This document shows positions 12,001 to 24,301 of a stretch of DNA of 64,000 nucleotides, piece by piece. Made by a program: the position numbers and the translations under genes. The notes beneath the pieces were generated by a model that saw nothing but the letters and a program-made list of their open reading frames with translations, was not told the origin of the DNA and did no database searches. This DNA comes from Lepidodermella squamata. Taxonomy: Eukaryota; Animalia; Gastrotricha. Each line of letters opens with the position of its first letter. The first letter of the stretch is position 1. The stretch is from positions 930,001 through 994,000 of the forward strand of contig JBLDXI010000013.1 of the NCBI GenBank assembly GCA_047495785.1, in the 5' to 3' direction.

Positions 12001-15000
12001 TTTGAGAGCAGGGGTCAGGGAAATCTTTATTCTAGAATAGGAGCCCGACTAAAGAATATTATAATCGCGAATAGTAATTATAAGCTCTCGAGTGGTAATA
12101 AAGCAATATAATACGGCGATAATTATTTATAAGGCAACAACATACGGCGCGTCTGTCGCCGTGCGCGCTTGCGATCATCGCGCCGTCGAGATGATAGATG
12201 ACGGCGATTTCGTTGAACGAAGCGCGTGCGCATTTAAAAGGCGACCCGGGCCATCTATCGGGAAGTGATCGGCGGAAAAGACATCATATTATGATTAGTA
12301 ATAATGAATTAAGACGACCGACCGGCGACTACGAAGACGAAGACGACGAGGACGACGACGTAAATTCGGCCGATGCGCGGCCAAACGGCAACTAATAAGT
12401 AGAAGACGTTTTACTTTGGCCCAAGAGCGCTTGTGTGATATAACTAACGACTAAGACGCGACAACCCAATTAATTCATTTGCATACTATTTATTCTATCC
12501 AGCGATAGTAATAATAATGATGAACTGCTCCGCTATTATATAAGGTCGCTGTTAAATTCGACAAGCGGGGCGCGGACGGGCAACTAATTACCAGTGCCGC
12601 GCTGCGGTCATTCGCCGTCTCTTTCTTCAGTTTCTTCAAAGTTCTTCTTTGAACAACAACAGCAGCGACAACAACAACAATAACAACAGACGGCAAATGA
12701 CGGCGATGATTTGGTAATATGGCGACGCGTTAAATACATACACAACCATCTAAAATCGTAGTGTTTCTTTCTCGGTCCGCCCCCGGCCCGCCGCTGTCGA
12801 CGGCTAAACGTATATGAATGCAAACATTTTACAAGGCAATCATAATTATTCAAGTAATTATACGAAGACAAAGTGTCTTACAGGTGCGCATTTCGGCATT
12901 TAGCGTTTGTTTGCCAAGAGAAGTCATCAATTAATTACAAGCTCCTACACCAACCCAGCGCAGACAGAATAATTAGCCGTACACCTTTTGAATAAAGGCA
13001 TGCTGACTCTAGAAATTGGAGAAATCGAAAATCAAAGCTCAAGTTGGTAGTCTTACTACGTATTTAGGCGTCAGAAAAGCGGAGGTCGTGAGTCGCGAGT
13101 GAACGAGTCTTAAATAGTATTGACGAAATTTTTTAATTGGAAATGGGGCTGGCTCCCACTAAATCACACGAGCACGAAAGCGGCGCAAGACCGTGCCGGA
13201 CTTATTAGCGGCTCATTATTCGCGATATTATGATGAGGGGGAAGAGCGCGCGCAAATCGTCGTGCGCGTCCGCTTTTTTCGCTTACGCAGCCTTTATTAA
13301 CACGCGCACATATTAATGAAGTATTTTTTAAGTTGCCCTCTGCCTCACTCGCTCGCTTTGATAAAGACGCAAATTATTCGTCATTAATTTTGCTAAAATT
13401 ATAATCACGCACAGAAATTATGGTCAAAGAGCGAAAGAATGGCGAAATCTACTCACTTATAGCAATCGCGTAAAAGAGCGACCCTATTTATTGCAGTTGC
13501 TAGTCCGAAATAGCCGAAGCGCGTCGTAAAAATAAATTAATATTATTATATGGCCGGGGCGAGGCGAGGCGCGGGCGAAAAGGGGGAGATTGTGAATCCG
13601 CCGTCATTATTAGTTCAAGCTCAGTGATTATTACTGATGGTATTACTATTTAAAAGTTACGTACACTAACAATAAAAGGAAGCGAAGAAATAATTTGAGG
13701 CCATTCTATCGCTAATAATAATTGAGCTTGGTGTAATAATCGCCTATAATAGTAATGAGACAAATCAATATTATTACTCGCTCGCGCCCGAGACCAAGTC
13801 TCGGCCTATTATGACGAATAAATAACATCATTAAATACTTCGCGGCAGTGTATGTTTGCGTTAGGTTCGCGATAATAATAAAAATGTAAAATGCGATGCC
13901 CATGGTCGGCGCCCAGATCGAGATGATGGGCTTTTCTTTGTTATGGCGTCGTCGTTGACTAATTGGCGCCTAGACGCTGTTCAGCTCTTATCGGCTCTCG
14001 CTAAATTCCTCTCTCACTTGACGCGCGTGTGCGCAAACGAAAACGGACGATTATACTATTGAAAATAGCAAAAATCAGGTATTTTTCATCGCAAGTTAAT
14101 TTCATCCGACGCCAAAATATACTTACTCGCTCAATTATTATAATTACATGAGCAATAATATCGTAAGGGGTGCTTATTATACCTATAGCATAGATAAAAT
14201 TAGTGGCCTTGCTAATGAAGAGTGCACGTGTTGAGATCGAAATTCGGCCTGTGAGTAATTAAGCTATTTTTGCGAGCTAGCATAAACAAGTCCGAAGCGA
14301 GCGATACGTTCGTTACAGCGAGAAAGGGCGAGAAAAGTGACGTCAGCCGCTAATTAGCTGAAAATAATAATTTTTTACGCCGGCGCAAATATGTCATCAT
14401 CTATCAAGGAATAGCGGCAACGCGCGCCATGCGAAGGTAAAGTGGGCGAAGGGCGCTAAATGCATTATAATAACAATAATTATAAATGGAAAGACAAGTT
14501 TTGCCTTCGTTCGACGTCTAGCGACTGTAAACAATAATTAGGCAATTTTTTCACTCGTTGTTCGGGCGCGGTGCAAAAGTGACGTCAAAATCCCTGCACT
14601 AGCTGGTTGACACCTGATGACGATGACAAGAAAGATTAGCATTTTATTATATACGCGCGACATACACGAACAGCGAGCACACAGGTGCGTTAATTATACC
14701 AAGTAATAAACCGGCGCAAAAAATACCTTAATGCCACATCATATAATTCAGAACCGAGCCATATGCGCGCACATCTAACAGGGAATCCAAGTCAGGTTAT
14801 CGCACAAAAACAGCTAATGAAGTCATCTGTCGACCATAATGAAAATATCTTTATAGTCTAAATATCACAAATAGGTAGAGATAATCGATATATATTCAAA
14901 TAAAAACGTTTGCTTATCAAACGCGTTTCGCTTAAAATTGAAAATCATGGCGCTGACGTAACTCAGACGTAACTGATTTTGACAGTTTATTACCGATTTT

Positions 15001-18000
15001 GTTCTCCCACAAATGCCACGTGGCTGCAGGGTGCAGTGAAGAGCAAACGTCAGTGCTCTAGTCACTAATTCGAGACATATTTTAATTGAATTTTTCCACG
15101 TAAATATGAGGTAAGCCTTGACTACCCAAGGTGAGGTAAAGAAACGGAGACATCAAATAAACGTTGCATTCCAAAGCGTCAAAGCGTGGAATAAAAGCCT
15201 AATTGCTCCGCTAATGAATATGTAATTCCAAAGTCGCTCCCATTTATCAAGTGTTATATATATTAATAATAAAATCGCGAAGATCTTGGTACCGGGGCGA
15301 ATATCGACCGCAGGGTGAGAAGTTTGGCAGTGTGGTACAGCCCCAATGCATAATTGTGGTGAAAGGCGTAAATTTTTTCGCACGCTGTCCCTAATAGAGT
15401 CGGAATACGAATAGGAGGTACGAGCCATTTTGATGACGGCGACGACGACGGCGATGATGATAATTACGAGAGCAAGTACCACGAAAATCAATTAGTAATA
15501 CGAACGATTAGATGATAGTAGGCTCACGTTGAATAATGCTATAAGCGTTTTTGATGCAATTTGGCTATTTATATTAATTATTATAATTACCACAGCACAC
15601 AGTCGAGAACCTCATAAATTGCATGTATATGCCGTAAGAACAACAAATAATGATAATTAATGCGTAAAAAATCGACGACAACCCTGCAGCAGGTAATAAG
15701 CACAGGTAAAGCAGCGGCTCATTAAAAGCGAGATCATTAACATGGCGGCGATGTAAATAACAGCGCGGTCTCGGTCGTCATTATCATCTTCTTCTTCTCG
15801 CGAGTTGAAAACTTTCGCACGAACGAAACATCACAAGAAATTATACGATAGTGCAGAATGCTGAATAATTAACAGAGGAATATAATTGAAATGCAACCAT
15901 TTTTTGCTTCTGGGAACGGGCAAATGAAATTAAAACTCAGCAGTGGCGCAGCGCTGAGGAAACTCAACGACCAGCTGTTATATAATTAGTAATTTACCAG
16001 ACATAATTTTGTGCAGCGTTTTTAATTATAACGGAAAATTAATTAAAAGTACTCGACGCGCTGAACATGGCATCCGATGGCGAAGAAACGAAACAACGCA
16101 ATTTTCATATGATAGCAGGGTGTGTATATATGTCTAGGGCAGTTTTGGCCGAAAATTTGCGCCTTGAGAATATCCAGGTGAGGACGATTAAGCGATGAGA
16201 CTATCAGCTCAATTAAAATTCTGCACAAGATTAGATTACCATGGATGCTGATCGATGAACACAAAGTCTGTTTTCATCGGGCTGTTACCATTCTTATTCA
16301 TCATCGTAGTTCTCGCTAATCAAAAAATGAATCAACAAGATAATTATATTCGAAAAATAAATTGAAAATAGCATAAGACAATTAGCAAAACGGTTAATTC
16401 ACGAGAAACCGACGATCCCATGTCAACCTTGAATATTCCGTCTGCCATAATTATGATCTGACCAGATTACAAGTAGGAAGAGATAGACAAAAAACGTTAA
16501 TAGAAATCGTTAATTAGTGTCTCAGGAACAGGGGAACGCCTAAAAGAGATTAAAACCAGCCGTGACCTGAGGCTACTAAAAACGCGATTAAAATTCTCAT
16601 GTCCATATTGGCCTAGTAAAAGAGAAATTGATCATAGAAGAGACAACCCAGAATGCGATGACTAATTAGCCGCGATTTTTTGAAATGTCACGAAAATCGA
16701 CAGTTTCGATATAGTTCAGATATTGATTGATATCGACAGTTATTAACTTGAATTTTGTCACCAATTTATTTCGGAATTCGCCGACATATCGAATTTCTAT
16801 ATTAAGCGGAAAAAACGAAACAAATTCCTAGTTACAGGATGCAAGATCGAGTTATTGTCCACTGCATATGGTTAGTTCTAAATAGGGCATGGCAGGATGA
16901 GGACGTCTCGCAATTGAGATAAAGAGTGGGGAATTTCGAGTCCTTTAACGTGATTAATGGCTCCGAGTCACAGACAAGGCAAAAGTTAATAGAAAGAAAA
17001 TAGCGGCAGCGCCAGCAGAAAGCGGCGATGAGAGAATTAGTAATAATATCACATCATGAGAAAATGAGTAACAGAGGAGCTATAAAAATGGGGCTTATAC
17101 AAATAGCGAGCCTATAGCATTTCTACGCACGCTCTCGTGCGACCAATGCAGGCCAAAGACCAAACATCATCATCGCAACGGTGTTATTTTATTAAAGTTT
17201 TTAATGAAATTAATAAAATAATAAGATGAAAAACGTGTCATGTACTCTGTTTGCATGTTATAATTGCAATTATAACATATAGAACAACGTGATATCACCG
17301 TCGGGATGTATTTAACTACATTCTCGCTCATTATATTAATAGGCGCAGGTAGTAAAAACGTTTCATTTTTGTCGGCAGCTCAAAAAAGCGCGCCAGCTCG
17401 GCGTGAATTTTTTGTTTTTTAAACTTTTAATTATTTTGCTCCTCGAGATTTTCCGTCGAGCCATTAATGTTATTATATACCAAGCGCGTTCAATTTATAA
17501 CGATCTCCCCGTTCATTAATCCTAAACGGCTCAACTCGGGGAATTATCAGGGAAAAAAATTAAATTGGTCTTTCACCAAACGAAAAACAATTTAGGCGAT
17601 AATTTCCAATATGCTAAGCAAATTTTCTGCGCGCGAAACGTGCAAATAAGCAATTATGAACAATTATTAGCCGGGCGAGCGCAAGAAAGCAAAAATGAGC
17701 ACCCAAAAACTGCGGCCTATTAGACCGCCTGCTTTTTAGCACGTCGCAAACAAAAGACTGCAAATAAAAATACTGAAATATAATTAAACGAAATGTAAAA
17801 CGTGAAAAATAAATACGAACAACAAAGGGCGCCACAGGAAAGGTGACAAATATACAGCCTATCAGAGCAGGCTAACAACAATATAATTATTCAGAAATAA
17901 TTTAGCCCAGAAAAAAATTGAAATTTTTCTTTTGGCTGAAAAAGGCTTGAAGTTTGTTTGCCATTGCGAATTTTTCTACATTCATTACACGAAGGCATGA

Positions 18001-20913
18001 GGTTGCCAGCCCCAAGATATTAATGACAAGTTACAGGTGGTGTTTGTGCGTGTGACCCGCGATGAAGATACCGCGCCTCGGTTTCTTTGTCGCTAACACG
18101 CCGAGGCAAAAATGATATTATACCTTACTATGGCTATATTTCATCATCGTATAATGTAAAAGTAGTTTGATGCGCGCCGGGTGATGAATTGAGGTCGCGA
18201 CGGCACTAAAAGACAGTCAAGGAGCCGTCTGTATTAACGATGACAAATAAAGATGGTGTGAACACCGTCGCAGGCAAATGTAATTGGGTAGGGCTTTGTA
18301 TTTGTTATTATTATTATTATTATTATCATTGCTATCTATCATCTTGGTATCAACCACGCAGGTAGGTTTTGGCTGAAAGATGCACGCGCGCCTGTAATGG
18401 TCTTGCGGGGCCAAAATATATATATAGTATCTCTCGCACGAGCGTTAAATACAAGAAGTGTTATAATATACTACTTACTGAGAGGCAACACTACTTGACG
18501 CTCGGCGCGTAAAACAATTGTGACACAGCAGACCGGGCCGTGATGTGATAGGTATACATTATCGAGCTCATCATCGTATGATTGCAAGAAGCAAAAAGGT
18601 ATGATGATAACAAACGCGAATTAGTTGTCTCTTGCGCTGCGTGTTTGTGACACTCGTTCACTTTGTGTCAAGAGCGCAAGCCTTGCGACGCGAAAGCCAT
18701 ATATACCATCATCATCATCGGCATCGCTTACAACGGTGATCAAATAAAGTAATGACAATAATAACAATAACAAATAAAACCAAAGAAAGGCGACGTTTGC
18801 GCGGACGGCGCGGGAAACGTGCGGTTGGACAAAATACTAACCAAGGGTAAGAAGGTGGTGCTGAAACTGACTGGGCGCCAAAACATTTGTGTTACGTGGT
18901 TTTCTGCTCGCAAAGTGTCATGCTGTGTACACATTTTATAATCACTTTAGGCCAACGAGACGACAGGTATACAGCGCCGGCAATATACTCGCTAAGTGTA
19001 TATCGGTCCTAACACACGCTCAGAAAGATATCGCGGCAACACCTCACAAAAGTAGTAATATATATATAGAGGAAAACAATTAAAATTTTCAAGCTGTATA
19101 ATTATTGCGGCGAACCCAAGCAAGATATGAAATGCTTGTTTGATATCTAAATTTACTACGAAGTGCTACTGGAACGTGATGTTTTTGAAATTTGAGAATT
19201 CTCGCGCGTAGAAATCGGTTCAATTTTTTCTGCGTGGCGGCCACACTTCATTATATTCCTCGCCCACGCTGCATTCACGTGACAGGACACCGATGCCGTC
19301 CGGACATCGTCGCGAATGAAACTAACATTCAAACACGTACACAAATCAGGCAAACAAGTACACAAACTGTTTCGGTAAACAAATTATAGGTAATATAGCT
19401 CACAAAAGGACACCTAATTGATTTGGCAAGGAAATTATGAAAATTAAATTTGGAGAAACAGCAACTTTGATCCAATAAACTGTCCTTCTCGTGAATCAAA
19501 ACTGACTATCGAAAGCTGACCTTCGCAATATTCAGATTCGAAGTTCGAAGAACACAGCGATAAAAGTAGGTAAAAAGACAGATTAACATATAACTCTATC
19601 TACCACCAGGCTTTAAAAACCAGCAATAGACTGAAGCTTAAAGGTCAGCGCCCATTGAAACGAAGAATCGATTGATTGTTGAAATTATTCCTCGCTAAAA
19701 ATGCGCCCAATCGAATTTCAGAGGCTTTTCTCGCATTAGACCACGCGAAAGCGCTCCAGGCTCAAGCATCTAAGGGCATGTAATTATTCTCGACGATTTT
19801 GTTACAAGATTGCTGCTGTGTACATCTTTAAACACAACAGCTAACAACCATAGTCGGCTCAGCAGCTGAAGCAGAGGCGTGCATAAAACCCTACTGCGAA
19901 TGATAATAACAGCGACGAATAACGCCGGTTTTGGTCTTGTATATTATTGCCCTATATAACTGCGGCAACGTGTGATGTAACAGAAACTGACTGGTATACA
20001 AGCGCTTAAGCGTGCGTAATTATACTGCGCCACGAAGGCGCCTCGTGCGAGCAGTAGAAGAAATAAATTTGGCGTTAAACGTCGACGGCAAATTGCAGGC
20101 GCGGCTATATACATAGGTACTCCAGCGATGGGTAATTAGGAATGCGAAGATAGCGGCAAAATAATTAATATGGACCAAAAAAACCTGGAGAGGAATCCAT
20201 CGCCATCTGCCTATGGTTTGCGAAATAGAATCAATCGATTTTGGAATAGCTGGAGAATCCGATTGCGGCGGAATCGAAGGTCGAAGGATCGAATTGCCGG
20301 CTCACGGCTGTCGATAGATCGGAAGCCGCATGATTGAAGTTGAACAATTTCGAAGTGATTATACTACCGATTATACCGAACCGTATCATAGGCGAAAGTC
20401 GTTGATACTGACTTAAGCATTTGGAACATATGTTCCTGTTTCTTCAAGCTTCAATAACAAATTCAAGCTCTTCTGTTTTCAACGATCATATAAATCTAGC
20501 AAAAAAAGCCTGAATCATCGATATGATAAGTATGATAAGATATGAAGCAGAGTCAGCTTAATATTTTTAGACTTGGGTCGATTAAATTAAGTAGATGAGA
20601 ATTTATAAGGACCCGTGAGGGAAATACAGGAGAACCAGTTTATTGAAAAAACGTGTCCAGTTACAGAGGCTTAGGTATGGGTTTTTTCACTTCTCCAAGC
20701 AGTTCAAATTTTACTAGGCCTTGGCTTAATCTGGAACACGCGATCAAGTTTTCTCTGTGGTAGGCCGTCTGACTTTTAGAGGCGACTGTATACGCCAGAC
20801 GGGTGCAGACGGGTGTTTACAAACTCGGTGGGACTGATGAAAAAAATGTAGTCGCGTGTGATTTTGACCTCGAGAACGCGAATGTAAGGGTCAGACTGTT
20901 TTCATCCGATCGC

Positions 20914-21266
20914 CTTATTTTTCAGACAAATGCCTCATTTCATCCGACAACCTAAATTGTGACATTCGAAAATAAATTTCACTCGAACCAAGATTCACCG
21001 ATATTTTTTAGCAAATGAGGGAAGTCAAATAAATTAAGCAGAGATTTGAGCAGATGGCCGTTTACTAAAAGTCGTGAAATCGGACTGAATTCGGACTATG
21101 GGATATTCTTGAGATCGCAAAAGCATGGAAAAGAGGTGCGGATAGCATAACACTAACGTAATTTTCAAGTCCTTAAACTGAGCAGATATGATTAGCCGAG
21201 TTCAAATGTAGGCTCCGAGTCTTATTTTTGGATGTCGGATGAAATGAGGCTGTCTGACAAAAGAAG
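20914..21266. mobile_element. MITE-like element or foldback remnant with ~70-bp imperfect inverted arms
   Basis: GCCTCATTTCATCCGACA (20932-20949) is the exact reverse complement of 21233-21250. The match extends imperfectly on both sides. No coding capacity. Confidence 0.5.
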
Positions 21267-22633
21267 ACATTTGTTGGATAGCAAACGTTTTTCTCTAATG
21301 ATAATGCCCGCAATTCGATTACAATCAATCGAGCTAATTTTCTTCGAGTAACTTGATAAAAATTCCTGAATAGCAAAGATGATATTTCAACAAAATTCGA
21401 AATAATAGCCAAAACAAATATCTATGAGCCATGGGCAGAGTTTGACGTTTGGTTGCGAATAATCTATGCGATAAAACTAGTACAGGTCAGGTCAAGGTAA
21501 AATAAAGCGCAATGCCGCTTGACCTAAATACGGGCGATCATTACTACCACCCACCTTAAACAAAAATATAATTATAGCTAATCAGCCTAACCGCGACGAT
21601 CTGAGGAATATGCGTGACAAGCGACATACGATGATAGAAGATGACAACGATGAAATATGAGGGAAAACATGTGAAGTTATGTGCTGTATAGAACAGGGAT
21701 TTTCCCTATGGTACCAATGTTACTATGTCCTCAAGGCCTTGCGAAGTTCTTAGCTTCATGGACTTCTCGCATCTTAGCTAATCCGATCTTCTAACCAAAA
21801 ACAATGACGGGTTTCGAATTTCACAACCGAATTTCCAATACAAGTTGATTGAGAAATTCTGGCCTAATTATTCAAGAGAAAAGATTTCAAGAAGAGTTGA
21901 AAGTCATCTTGAGGTACCTATTTAAACTGCGAATTTTGATGGTATTTTTTTACCCGATTTTTAGCAGTTTTTCTGCCAATTAAGGCCTTGATCAAGCTTG
22001 ATTGAGCTCCACGCTCTGTTTCGAAAGGTGAGCGTAATTAGGAAACCTACGCAAATTTCGATCACGCTGCACGAGGACATATACGTTGATGCGAGTGCGT
22101 GTTAATTACTGAGATATTTTTGAGGGGGTGACAAGTGATAGTCAGTAACGGAAAGAGCTCTTAGACAACTTAAACAACTTTGTCTTTTGAGATGGCGACT
22201 TCCCACAGACGTGACGTCACGTCGCCTATTAGCGAGGCGCAACTTTTTTGTTGGAAAGACGCGTTAATTACTTGTCAATTCGTCGCGAGTGGGCATGAAA
22301 AAATCTACCTGGCTCACTTATCTGCAGTGACTGGATGAAAATAATCCGGGCACGTTAAGATATGCATAGCGTTTACAGCCACACAGGTAGAAAGGCGTTC
22401 TTCTTATTGTTATTTGGACATACAATTTATGAAGGCAGGAACTGCGCGATAGATATGCAAATTGCAGCGGCAGGGTACAACGTAGACCTACAGTTATGAA
22501 CCTCTATACCGCCCATCTGCTCGAGTCGGCTGCAAGTTTAACGCAATTAGCGAACTTTATATGATGACAACAATCGCGACAACAACTGAAGCGAGCCAAG
22601 TTTTAATGGCACTCCTTTGCTTGTTCATCTTTT

Positions 22634-22667
<34 letters not shown>
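22634..22667. repeat. (ATG/GAT)n microsatellite, ~11 units
   Basis: atgatgatgatgatgatgatgatgatgatgatga read directly. Confidence 0.95.
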
Positions 22668-24301
22668 GTGGAACAAGATAGACGATTGTGATGATGAAAT
22701 GAACAAATTATTAAATAGATTCTCGAACATGTGTAATTCAATTACCCAGTAGCGCTGGATTTCTTTATTATTTTTATTACTTGTTATTATACATACTTTC
22801 GCACTGCGGCGGCGCGATTCTGGGCGCGCGCTCCTTTTTACGGTAATATTTATTATTGTAAGATTATAAATTTACAAACGAGGCGACACATTAAAACTTT
22901 TGAAAAGTTAGAGCGGGCTGAGATGTTGGCGGCGCGCGCGCCCGCAGTTCGGCGACGCAGTTTCCTGGCGAGCTCGCGATGATTAAACTCATTAAAGGCG
23001 TACGGCAAGCCGGCCGACCATCGTCACTCGTTATCTAATTATAAGCATAATTTTATCGTCTATCGTCGAGCTTAAATTTTATTATCGTCATTATTGTCAT
23101 CATTATTTGCAATCAAAGTTTTTACGCGCCATTTGCGCGCTAAATCAAAATCAAAGCCGTCGCACGCAGCCGTCGACATATTTATTGTTATTATTTTTCT
23201 TTTATTAGCACAGTGCTGCGAAGCGTGAATTATTTTTCTGGCACGCATACTTTTACTTACCATCGAAATTATCTCGCTCCCCTCCCTCTCGCGCTTAATG
23301 CAAAAAGCTATTCACGCGCTCATCACCGCGATTTTTATTGGTGCGATGTAGACGGCGGCAACAGCAGTAGGATGTTCATCATCGAGATATAATCATTGTT
23401 ATTCGAAAATTATTTTCTCGTTAAGCTTCCATTTATGTAAATCAAGAGCAGCTCCAGAGAGGACATAATTGAGTAATAACAGCGTGACGACAAAAAATTT
23501 AGCGACGAATGAACTGATAAATTTTACAAACTTGAAAATTTCTGCCGCTATGTCCCGATTCGAAATCAAGTGTTCTGGATAGAATTTTCCTGTTAAATAA
23601 AACCTCCTGATACATTTTTATTGTGTTGCGTATTATAGCAGCTTGGGCTGCGGTAGGGTGACATCACGAAATTTCAAGCCGCGGAACACCCTCGATTCAT
23701 CATCATCATCATCGTGGCTCGACCTCAAAATTTCGAAGCCGAGCAGTAGGTTTAATAACTTGTGAAAATCGATGCATTTTTGCAAAATCAGTATCCACCT
23801 TGAGGAACTCATTAGAATATTCAAATTTGCTCAATAACCCTCAGCGTTTTATTGGCTAAGCGAAAATACCAGTGACAGAAGCAGCTTTACAATTAGCGCA
23901 GTCAAATAAGATTTTTCCTATTCAAAAGCTCGGCTTATTATAGTTAGAGCAAGTCCAGAAAGCGATTGCTAAAAAAGCAGGGTAACAAAAATAATGCGAA
24001 CCGAGTCAGGATCAGGGTGAAAACAAACAGGATAAAATAACTGAAGCAATCTTTTCCAAGGTAGTATATAATATTAAAAATAAAAAGCTGTGGACATATA
24101 AATGAAGAGTTCCTCATGCGAATATCACAGACCGCAAAATTATTATAATGATCTCAACATACAAAATATAACTCACGATTCATCATAATTCGACTCAACG
24201 AAAATGCAATGAAAAGAATTGAGAAAGTAAATAAACGGAGTGAAAGCACCGACACGGTGTGAAAATACCAACGTCTCGAGTCAATTAACGACATAAGTCA
24301 T

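Larger units (their letters stand above)
9100..24250. promoter_or_regulatory. ~15 kb non-coding region upstream of zfh2: probable extended cis-regulatory domain and/or long 5'UTR introns
   Basis: No credible ORFs. Dense TAAT/TAATTA and CGCG words, several TGACGTCA sites. A strong minus-strand donor CAG|GTAGGT at 9707 could pair with the acceptor at 9096. Neighbouring housekeeping genes are only 0.1-3 kb apart. Confidence 0.6.

Noticed and set aside
9322-23824. Short ORFs (60-112 aa) in the zfh2 upstream desert, including the poly-Asp ORF at 22561-22752
   Set aside because: Low-complexity, microsatellite-driven, mostly non-ATG starts, with no domain similarity or consistent exon chain.
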